From contig NC_057719.1 of NCBI RefSeq assembly GCF_004010195.1, positions 39,968,872 to 40,032,871 on the forward strand: a stretch of DNA of 64,000 bases. The letters run 5' to 3'. The notes under the pieces were generated by a model. The model saw nothing but the letters and a program-made list of their open reading frames with translations, was not told the DNA's origin and did no database searches. The DNA comes from Chiloscyllium plagiosum. Lineage: Eukaryota. The position numbers and the translations under genes are program-made. This document shows, piece by piece, positions 25,401 to 37,600 of this stretch (the first letter of the stretch is position 1; each line of letters starts with the position of its first letter).

Positions 25401-25650
25401 TTATAGTCCTACTTTCCTTATTCCCCTTACCCCTTCCTTGCAGATTATATAGTTGCAGAATGATTGAGGAAGATGAGGTGCAAAAATGATTTCCATTCTG
25501 CGTAGGACAGTCCCAGAATTCAAGATACAGGCTTTGTTGACAGGAAATTTGCCTTCAACACAGAGTTGTGTCCGACTAACCATTAGCCTCATCAAGAGCT
25601 GATTGGACCAAGTCACACCCAGAGCTGGTAGCACTTTTTTATCTAATAAG
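25401..25650 (-). CDS. XRCC3: XRCC3 last coding exon ([17 protein letters not shown]...[11 protein letters not shown])
   Basis: TTTTCCAG acceptor in phase 2; TAA at 25401-25403; within ORF 25401..25766. Confidence 0.96.
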
Positions 25651-28600
25651 CTGGAAAACAATTGTAACAGACATAAATACAGCAATATAATCACACATTT
25701 ATAAAATACAGCCCTTCCTTTCAAAAGGTTACTATGCAACACTCTGAATAACCTTAAATATTGCATGCTTCACAAATCTAACAAGTTTCTTTTTCAAATA
25801 AATCATCTTATACAACTTTGAGGAACTTCAATCTGATATTTCTTCCTCTTCATTTGATATGTAGACTTAAGAGGTCCTGAGTGAACAAACGAGTATCTTC
25901 CTGGCTCTACTTGTGAGGACATTCCTCATTATTGCTTCAGCCCTTACTTTGTTGACTTGTCTGAAATCACAACTTAATGCAGAGATGGAAAGAGGACAAA
26001 TATGGTTTTCTACTCTGACACAAAATACTGATATTGATATTTGCTGTGTGGAGATTTATTATAAACCACAGTCTACAACAGGCAAATATATATATGGATC
26101 TATTTTAGTTTACAATTGCAAAAATGTAACAGTTTCAATCAGATAAAAGACAAAATAGATGAAATATTCAAAAGCATGACTCAAGATCCGGCTTTCAAAA
26201 GGCATTTGAAGATAAACTGCTTCGGAAGATAGATGGTTTAAATACCAATGGAGTACTGGGCAAGGTGAGAGAAAGCACAGCCAACAAGGAGAATAATGAG
26301 ATGGGGAGAGGGATGAGTGGGGAACTGACAGAGACCAGAGTTGAAAAAAGGAGTTAGCACAGGACTTCAGGGCTTAAAAGTGAAGAGATTTTAAGTGGCA
26401 AAGTCATAGAATAACATGTAAAGAAGTACAGAAATCCTGAAGATATTTTGAAACCTGTAGAAATCATTCAAGGTCCATGTCAAATTGTTATGACCCGGTA
26501 TCAGACAGCGAACCAAAATGTAGAAGGATAAGTAATAAGTTTGCAGATGGCACGAAAATTGTTGGTGTTGTTGATGAGGAGGAGGATTATCTTAGGCTAC
26601 AGTCTGATATTGATCAGCTGGTAAATTGCGCAGAGCAGTGGCAGATGGAATTTAACCTTGTAAGTGGGAGGTGTTGAATTTTGAGAAAAATATGGAAAGG
26701 ATATACACATGAATGTGGGTCCCTAGGGAGTACTAATGAATATAGGGACCTTGGTGTACAAGTTCATAAGACTCCTGAAGGGGTCAGCACATGTGGACAG
26801 AATGGTGATGGCTGTACATGGAATGTTTGCTTTCATTAGCCAGGACATAGAATACAGGAGGAAGGAAGTCTTGCAACAAATTTATAAATATGGTTTGGCC
26901 ACAGATGGAATACTGCGTGCAGTTCTGGTTACCACATTATTGGAAGGATTGAAAAAGTGTGAGAGGAGATTCACCTGGATGTAGCTTGGGATGGAAAGTC
27001 TCAGTTGTGAGGAGAGACTGTGTTTATTTTCCCTGGAACAGAACAGGCTGAGGAGTGATTGAGAAACACAAAATTATAGTAGTTAGAGAACAGAGTAGAT
27101 TGTCAGAATCTTATCCCCGTGGCAGACATGTCTAAAACTAAAAAGGGCATAAATTTAAGGTGAGGAGTAAGTGGTTTAAAGGAAAATAAATTTTCAATAA
27201 GAGGGTGGTAGAAATAATGGAACATGCTGCCTGGAGGGTGGGAGAGGAAGGTATTTCTGGATGGGCACTTAAAATGCCAGGGTGTAGTCAACAATGGACC
27301 AAGTGCATGTAAATGGGATTAATGTAGTTTAGTGGTTGTTGTTTGGCATTAACATGACAGCCAAAGGGCCCGTTTCTATGCTGTATGACTGTGAAGTCAG
27401 GCTTTCAACCTCTCGACACAACACAGTAAAATTAAAACCTTCAAAGATTCTCAAAATTGACCCTAATAGTTCCTAACTAGACATTTTGCATAACTAATCC
27501 CAGATTCTGTGAATAATCAACTCCAGACACTGGTTTGTATTTTAAACAAAAGACATTGAAATTTATTAGCAATATAGAAATTTTAGGAGAGCAAAATTAG
27601 ATAAAGTAATCTGATTAGTCAATGCTACAAATCCAAAAACCTTCGTTTTCCGCCCATTCACACAAAAGGAGATAGACAGTCAAACAAACACAGATAAGGC
27701 AAAAATAAAAGAAAACAACAAAATTGGCCAGATTACTCAAATAGTTTTCATAATGTGTTGTTCCACAGGCATAAATGATGGTTTCTTGGTTGATTTTCTG
27801 AAGATGTTGATCAGGGTCACCTTTACAGTTAATTTGGATAAAAATGGTAATAATTATAACTTAGTCTTCTATTCTCTGAGCTTCCAAGAACTGCTCATAG
27901 GAGGATAGATAAGGAGCTTTCAGCTTTTTATACGTTGCAGCAACAGCTGGATTCCTTCTCTGCAAAAACACTGTCCAAAACCCAATCCTCCCTGATAGAC
28001 TGTCACCTCCATGAGGTCCCAGTTGCCATTCAACATCTGCCATCTGCTTGAGCACAAAGTCTCTGCTAGACTTGCTGGAACTAATTCCCAAGTACCAACC
28101 TCATAAATAGCTAACCTCTGCTATCTGATAATGCTCTTCTCCAGTGACAAAACATCTGCAGAACGCTTTGATCAGGAGTGCAGTTGCAATTAATTTCCAG
28201 GCTGAGCCTCATGAATACACAAAAGCTTGTTTGGTCTGTGTTCCTTTTAACACAAGCTGTTACTCAAAGCCCAAAAATTATCTTTAGTTCCTAGTTAACT
28301 GCTCTAAACAAAAGTTGATAAAAGAATAAAAGAAAAATAAACAAAAATCAGCGAGGGTTCGAATAAAATGGTGAGAGGGATTTGGTACAAAACAGCTATG
28401 AAATTTACTCATTCAGTTAGGGATTATGAAAATTAGGTAATCATTGAGAATATGTAGCAAAGTTAAGTCTAGAAATGGCAGAAACATGATTTAGTGTTTT
28501 ACCCCATTAATTACCAAGCTGTCAAACTTCTTTCAATCAAAGTGATGGATAGTGTTGTTAGTAGTGGAATAGTCTGTTCACTGATACTCCATTTGGGTTC

Positions 28601-31600
28601 CACGAGGGCCATTCAGTCTTGGTCCAAACATGGACAAAATAACTGAACCCCAGAGGTGAGGTGAGAGTGACTTCCCATGACATTAAGGTAGCACTTGACA
28701 GAGTATGGCATCAAGAAGCGCTAGAAAAACTAGAGTCAACAGGAATCAGGATAAAACTCAGTTAATTAGAATCATATCGAACACAAAGGAAGATGGTTGT
28801 GGTTTTTGAAAGTTAATCATCTCAGCTCCAGAGTATCACTGCTGGAGTTCCTCAGGTAATGTCCTAGGCACAACCATCTTCAGTTGTTTCAATGACTTTC
28901 CTTCCATCATAAGGTCAGAAGTGGAATGTTCACCGACGAGTCGACAATATTCAGCACCATTTGCCACTCCTTAGATACTGAAGCAGTTGGTGCTTGTATT
29001 GCAGCAAAACTTGGACAACATCCCAGATGGAAAGTAACATTCAGGGTCATTGCCTGGCACCTGTGAACCATGTCCAACAAAGAAGAATGGATCGATTGCC
29101 TCTTGACGATGAATAGCATTACCATTACTGAATTCCCAACTAAAAACATGCTGTGGATTACCAATGGCTGAACTGAACCAGCAATATAAATACTGTGGCT
29201 ACAAGAGCTGGTCAAGGCTAGGAATTATTCATCAAGCTCAGCACTTCTTGTCTTCCCAATGCCCATCCAACAGCTATGAGGCACAAGGCAGGAGAGTAAT
29301 GGAATGCACATCATTGACATATTAACCAACACCTTCAACATTCACTCTCTTCGCTGCAATACATAATGGTAGCAGTGTACATCAACTACTAGATGCACTG
29401 CAATAACTCATCAAGACTACTCCAATAGCACTTTCTACATTTGGAACACCAAAAAAAGTAACAGATACTGCAAGTTCTCTTCCAAACTACACACTATCCT
29501 GACTTGGAATTATATCATGATTCTTCACTATTGTTCAGTCAAAACCTTGGATTTCCCTACTTAACAGTACCACTTGGAGGACAGCAGCAGTTCAAAAAGG
29601 CAGTTCATTACCACCTTCTCAAGGGCAAATTTGGCTGAGTCAGTGACCTCCACAATGCAAGAACGAATAAAGGAAACATTGTAGTAGGGATGGAGACAGG
29701 GGTCATTACGTAAATGAAAATAGGTTGTCATGTTAACTAGATATGGGATCTAAAAGTCAGCATTTATCAATAAGATATAGAATTATTTTGGATTATGTTG
29801 GATTGATCTTGTGCTGGCACTGGCAGCCAGGAAGGAATGTGTTTAGTGGCTAGCTGTGCAGTTTTACAACAAATAAACAATATTGTTTTTGGTCTGCTGA
29901 CGTTTGAATCATACATGACTTGCTATTATGCTTTCAGTATCAACAGATATATTAATTCAAGGCTAGAGTTGAAAATAGGGCATAGTCAGTCTACAAAGTA
30001 CCTGGTAACTATCTAAACAAATTTGAAAATTACAGAACATTTTACATTGAGGTGCCATATCAATCAAGACCAGGATGCAACCTCAGGCCAGAGAAAATAA
30101 TAATTAATTCATTCCAGAGTCCATTGCAGATGCATTGGTTGAATAGACATGGATTCAAATAGAAAGAGCAGGGCATAGTAAAATAGTTGAAGGAAGACAG
30201 TCAATATGGAAAGGTACAGAGTTCAAAGTATAGCTTAGTATGGTTGCAATCAATGACAATAGGCCTCCAGTCCAAAAAACAACCCTTCACCACCACTCTC
30301 TGTATCTTGCTGTTAAGCCAATTTTGGGTTGAATTGGCAAGGTCACCATGAATCCCATGTGATCTCAAATTACTAATTAGATTACCACATGGAACCTTGT
30401 CAAAGGTTTTACTAAAGTCTAAGTAAACAACATCGCCTTTCTGTCCTCGATCCTGGGCGGCACGGTGGCACAGTGGTTAGCACTGCTGCCTCACAGCGCC
30501 AGAGACCTGGGTTCAATTCCCGCCTTAGGCAACTGTCTGTGTAGAGTTTGCACATTCTCCCCATGTCTACGTGGGTTTCCTCCGGGTGCTCTGGTTTGCT
30601 CCCACAGTCCAAGAATGTGTGCAGGTTAGGTGAATTGGCCATGCTAAATTGCCCGTAGTGTCGGTGAAGGGGTAAATGTAGGGGAATGGGTCTGGGTGGG
30701 TTGCTCTTTGGAGAGTCGGTGTGGGCTTGTTAGGCCGAAGGGCCTGTTTCCACACTGTAAATAATCTAATCTTCTTGGTTACTTCCTCAAAAAACTCAAT
30801 CAAGTTTGTGAGACACGATTTCTTTTGTACAAAACCATGCTGACTATCCCTAATTATTCCTTGCCTCTCAGATGCATATAAATCCTATTTTTCAGAATCA
30901 ACTCCAACAACTCCAAAGTCAGACTCACAGGTCTAAAGTTCCCAGTTGTACAGTTGTAAGGTCTCAGTTCTGATATGTTAATTACTTTTGCACCGTCTCT
31001 GGTGCTTTCCTGTTCTTATGTAATATGGAGACCAGAAAAATGCATAGTACACCAAATGATTCACAGAACCTTGGTTAGACTACACAATTTCCCTCTTTTT
31101 GAATTCTATTCCTCTGGAAATGACCAATATTTATCCATGATTAACTCCTTGATCCCATCTTGCCTCTACTCCATTTGATCCTATTAATTTTCTCATTCAA
31201 CAAAATGAATTCATAACATGCAAATGAAAGCTTTCAGAAAAATATACTTGCCCAAAATTACCCTGAGCCAAATGAGAGTCATTTACCACGTCTGCAATCT
31301 GTAAGAGATAAACAGAAAAATTAATTGTTCTTGTTACATTGTCCTAAGCTTACTTGGTTAAATATACCTTATACTCAATTTACTTCAACACTGAAGGCAA
31401 GAGAGAAATACTAGAGATCACCTTGTGAAGTAAAACAAAATACCATCTCGACAACTTGCAGGTGAAAATGTCTCAATTCTGCACTGGATAAGATCAAAAC
31501 CAACTTTTATCCTTGTGTAGTTTATTTTCTTGACATAAATTATTGGTTACATAATACAATTATTATAAATGTTTGTGTTTTATCTGCCATGATGAATTGA

Positions 31601-34600
31601 TTACTTCTAATGGTACAGCAGCTGAATCATCCTTTTTAATTTTGGTGATTGAAAATACTACCATAGTTCCAGTACTAAACAGATGGTAATCATGGTAATT
31701 TTATCTACATTTACTATCTATCTCATCTAAAATGTCTAAGACAATATATTTCATAATCCTAGTACGTTTTCCATTAAAAACAAAGCCTATTGTCTTGTAT
31801 TTATCTTTATACTATTATTTTATATTTTCAAGATGGGGAGTCAGTGTCAAAGGTGTAATTTATTTCCGAGAGGGGTTTTGAACCATCTTAGTGCCTTTAG
31901 TCAGGAACTTCCATGATTTTAATAGTAACAATATAAAAAGCAGCATTGAGAAAGACTTGGAGGAAAATGTAGAAGTGTTGGTAATATGTGCACCTTGCCC
32001 TTTAGTTTGGGGGGGTGCAGGTTAGGAGTTGCAAATGTGCAAAATGTGTAGCTAAGTGTTTAAATAATGTGAATTAAATATTAGTTTGAAAAGTCATACC
32101 TGATTGATACAGATGACAGGACTACTGAACTGATGGCTGAGGTGGTGGAGCATGGCTCCAATTTTCTGAAGATATTTGGCCTTGGCAATCGAATCGCTGA
32201 CTCCAAATTCACATCTGAATAAAGCTGCAATTGAATCAATCACCACTAGGCGTATCAAGCCTCGTGACAGTAAGATTGGTAGTCTTTTGCTAATGCAGTG
32301 ATTTAAGGACTCCTGTCAAAAACAAAAAGTAGACATTTTTCTAAAATATACTTAATACAGCAATTTTTATGCTATTTCATGAAATGTGGGGGTCTTTTGC
32401 AAGGCCACCATTTGTTGTCTGTCCTAATTACCCTTTACTGCTCTCAGAAATGCAAGTCATTCAGTTCAAAAGTCAACTTGTTAAGTCTGGAGACAAATGC
32501 AGGCCAGACCAGGTTAGAGTTGGCAGATTGCTTTCCCTAAAGTCTGTTGTTGAGGTAGATGACATTTTAACAACAATCAATGATAATTTCATGGTTACCA
32601 TTACGTAAATTCCACATTTTCTGAAAATGAATTTAAATTTCAACAGCAGTTGTGGTGGGAATTGAATCTATGTCCCTAGAACACAAACCTAAGCCTTGAT
32701 TACCAGTCTAACAACATTACCACTATATCCCCAAGTCCCCTTGTTGCCAATAATTTTATAACCAGATAGTTTGTGAAGAGGCTAATCTGACTTTTTAAAA
32801 TTGGCACAGCACCTTGTAAGGCAGCCCACAAAAATCATGCGACTGCTCTTTTTGATTCACAGTCAAGATGAACTAGTGCATTATCTCCATACCAATCACA
32901 AAAGGCAACATTAACCTTTGGATAATGGTGGATCTTCAGTTTGGGCAGCCAAATTTCAGAACAAACTCCCACAGTTTGGAATGCCTGTGCTAGTGTATCA
33001 CACTGTAATCTGTTATCAAATTAAAGAGATTTATTCAAACCAATCTTATTACATTAGTTTTTCATTTGGACATTTTTACGATCATGGAAAGTATTACAGG
33101 CAAAAGAACTACTTGTTGATGTTGGACTTACCACATCTGCAACATGTTCAATAAAAATGTTGTTACCAAACTTAATATTGTTGACAACATCGGGCGGCAC
33201 TTCAGTTCGTAACATGGATTGAAAGGCAATCAATTCCTGTAATCGTTTATTTGGAAAAGTATCCTCTGTACAAATATACACAGCTCCTGGAAAGATAAGA
33301 TATTCAACAAGTTCAAAAGAGGTGACTGGGGGAAAAGGCAAAATACTGGACATTTCCCAATGCTCTTAAACAACACAAAGAAAAACAAAAGTAAAAACTG
33401 AAGATAAAAACAGTGAAGATTGTCACATTTCATCATCATGAAGATTGTTTTGTAGAACTTTAATCTGTGCTCTGAAAAGTTATGCCCTGGCAAATCAGAG
33501 AAACTGTTAACGTTATTACAGTCAATGAAATGGTCGGCTCACCTATTTTTAACTCTCTTTCAGTTGGTCACCACAAATAATTTACATAAAATCACAGAAT
33601 TCCTACAGTGCTGATAGAGGCAATTTGAGCCATCGGGTCTGCACTGACCTTCCAAACAGCATCCCATCCAGACTCACACCAACCCTATCCCATACCCCCA
33701 CATTTATCATGATTAATCCACCTAACCCGCACACCCCTGGACACTTTGGGGTAAGTTACATGGCCTTTCTATCTAATCTGCACATATTTGGTCTGTGGCA
33801 GGAAACTGCCTACCGCTAACTCACTTTGAAAAATTTAATTAACTAGCTCAAAGAATTTAAGGGCACGATATTCCAAACTTTGAGGAAAAAAGTTTGTATT
33901 TTATGATCTAGCAAACATCTAACAGATATACACCACATAGGAGGATGGGGTGGGGAAAGCAGGCTGTTTGAACAGATAGTAAGGTATGGACAGTGCAATT
34001 TAAGATTTTTAAAAGAGTCATTGTATTGCAAAACTGAATTTGGTAAACTTGCAACCTTGATTTCTCTGTGAACAGTGATTTTCCCAAAAAAAACGAAATC
34101 TGAAACAAAAGCACAGTGTTGGATGAACACAGATATAGTAGCATTTGTCGAGAGAAAACTCAAGGTTGAGTCCTGAAGCCTATAAGGTACTGAGGCGGAA
34201 AACAAGGTGATCTTCCTCAGCTTTTCCAAAGTGCCTTTTCACCATCATTGATTTCTGAGATTGAGAAGAGATGTCAAAAAAACGTGTACTCGGTCTATGT
34301 TGCTTTCTCTCTCCTTTGTTACGAAAGACAAGCTCTTGATATAATCATTTGCATATTCCAAGTCAAGATCCACTGACTTTTTCAAACTCAAAACTCCTTG
34401 GGTAACGTTTCGTCCACAATGTGAAGTTATCATGTGGGTCAGTAAAACAAGAGATGCAAATTTCTTGATACCCACAAAATTTCAGTGCCTCTTGATTAAA
34501 ATGATTATTCTATTGATATCAGTTTTGTATATTCCATATGGGTTGCTTTGGCTTATCAAGTTATTGTAAGAGTCATTTTAGGTCAATAATGTCATATTTT

Positions 34601-37600
34601 TAAAATAGGTATTAAAGTAAAATGATGCTAGTTGAGGACTGATCATCCATTTTTATTATAATCGTAACAATTTACATCTTTTGAATATAAACTAACTTAT
34701 CTTGGAAAATATTTCTTGGGCAGTAAGAGAAAAAAAAGTACAAAAACAAGCAAAGGCCACATATATTAAAAAAAAATGCTGTCAATTTTGGATTTTTCAG
34801 GCACCTCAAATTCATATCCCTCAACTCACTGATCAATTTTTCTGCAAACGTTTAACCTGGTTATCATCACTATCCAAAGTGACAATCCATTTATTTTCTC
34901 AGTCTTTGAAGAAATAATTTAAAATTTAGCTCATGGTTCCCTGGTATAGCTACATCAAAAATTAATTAACACTTAAAAAATACCACATTTTTAAAAACGT
35001 CACTGCCCCCATTCCCTTTGGAGGTTAGACCTTGATGAGCTCCTGGGTTATCTGCTCCAAATTCATTTTTGACCAATCAGGTTAAGTTTTACGGCACTTC
35101 AAAGAATTTGAACGCTGTCTCTCTAGCTTATTGCTATATTTTTAATTTTCTAGCTTCAATCAAAGACTTTCAGAGATTATTATGTTAATTGCTGTAGCTT
35201 GACTGAGCTTTAAGGGAGGCAGACCACCTTTCAAGTGTACAGGCTAGCTGTATCTCATGCTAACAGCATCTGTTTCTGGGACCAATGCTGAATATAGAGC
35301 CAGCCAATAACACATTTCCACTGAAATCCTATTGAACAGCAGACAGATGTTTAACCAACTGCAACAGTAATCACACATTACAATAGAACTTTACAACAGG
35401 CCAATCCAATTTTTTTTAACTCATCGTGTTTGACTACATAACATCAGTAACTGCATTTCAAAACCAACTATTTGGATAATTTGAAGGCATGATAGGAACT
35501 ATATAAAGATTCCTGTCATTCTGAACTGAGCCTTTTTCTCCATCCTTTTTTTAAATAGGCCCGGTGAGAACAGCTTTGTCTCTCTTATCATCACATCATA
35601 GCAAAAGTGAAATGAAACAGTAAACCAAATATCTAAAACAATTTTGTTTGTACCTGCATCTTGTCCACCATAGCTACATGGAAACTGTACAGACAGGGAC
35701 AGCTGCATGCAAATTTGTGTCTTGCCTGCTGAACTCTCACCAACTATTTCAGTAATTCCCATTAATGGGATTCCACCTCCAAGTAGTGAGTCCACGACTG
35801 GACAACCCATGCTAAGTTTTCGCTTCTGGGTTGGAAAAGGACATTCTCCATTGTATATTTGCAGGGCTGAGGAAAACACATTGAACAAAAAAAACTTAGT
35901 TTATTGCATATAATTTTAATTATTTAGAAATATTTGTTAGAATCAAAAGCTTAAAGTATAATTTACAGTTGAAGAAGCATATACACACTCACTAAGATTA
36001 TAAACTTTGGAGAGATATATACTTTTCAATACATATTGTTATTCTATTTCACTTTAATAATTCAAAGCCATTTCTTGCCCTTCTTGTTACTTACAGATCC
36101 TAACAGGCAGGAAAGCAGACAATAATTATATTGGTTCATCTCATACTCCACATTACAATTCAAGGTGCACAAAAGTAAGAAAATTCAATTCACCAACTCT
36201 TTTGATCCTTCTCAATTATTCATTTAAAGAAAGGAAGTATGAAGTTGCATTCAAAGAAAGAAATTACTAAATGATGTTTACAAGCACAATCTGTTCTATA
36301 ATACAATTTGTTAATATGTTCAAGCAGTGAAACCTCGGTTCCTTGTTTGTGAAAAATAATCCAAATTATTTATTCAACTTACATTACCATTACTCTCAAA
36401 ATTTAGTGTTTTTCTGATAACAATTCACTTCTCTCTCTCTCCACAATTTCAAAAGCATTGGCTGTCCACAAGCATCTCACCCAATACCTACTTTTATTGT
36501 GTAACCCTGCAATGATTTTAGGAGCAGACCTAACCACAAAGAACAATACAGCTGATCACAAATCATTTTTCATATGACATCAGGTGCATGTTTTTAAGGA
36601 TGCAATCAGGATGGAGCGCTTGCAGATTTTGCCCATGCCTTGCTCAAGTGGTATTAAGTTAATCATTATGAACTAACTACCAAACCACTAGAAACTAACT
36701 TTAGATGTTATCTGCAGCTTGAACATATGTACCTGTGATTCCATATGACAGCATTTATCTACTATAAACCCAAGCTGTGTGTTCTTATTCTATTTACAGT
36801 TAACATTGAAATCTCACAGCTCTGTGGATGGCTTAATTCATAATTCCCTCAATCTCTGTCCAATGAATTTAAACTCAATAACTCAGAGTTAAGCTCTAGA
36901 TTGGCATTCATCACCATCAGCTACATAAAGGCACATTATTAGAAACTGGAACATAAATTATACCTGCATTGTGATTAAGCTCTGTAAAACTTACAAATTT
37001 TAAACATAACAAATCTGAAGATTTAAGCAAGTGTTAAGCAACTGTTTCAGCAAAATATTAAATTGAAGCCACTTAAATATCACTGAACATTAAATAACTT
37101 TAAAGATTCATTACAAGACATCAATTTGTTCAAAGTTTTAGAACAATTTGTGAATTATGTTAAAACATATTCAAGATATTTTTAAGTGTTTATTTGGCAC
37201 TGATTTCTGATCTTGCAGAGATATGATTATATTCTAACTTTTACACACCTGTTACCACAGGATCACTCTTTATTGTTGCTGCAACAGTTTTATGCAAATA
37301 TTGCACATCAGAACTGGACAACTTAGTGAGTCTCTGCAGATCTGGTCCCGAAAGACATAAGATTTCTTTCATTGTTTGGATGTTTGCTATGGGAGAAAAG
37401 ATTTTTTTGTAGAAATATTACTGCAAAACATACTTGGCTATGACAAACTAGACCAGAAACAACCATTATTACCAATTGAGCCATGTGGTCATACAGCTAC
37501 CAAATTCTATACACAATAATAGGTACATGGCACTAAATCCCTTACCAAAATAACAAATCCTACTGTTTTTTATTCAATGCAAAACAATAAAATGTCTACT

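Noticed and set aside
30455..30530. tRNA gene
   Set aside because: It is the tRNA-derived head of a multi-copy SINE.
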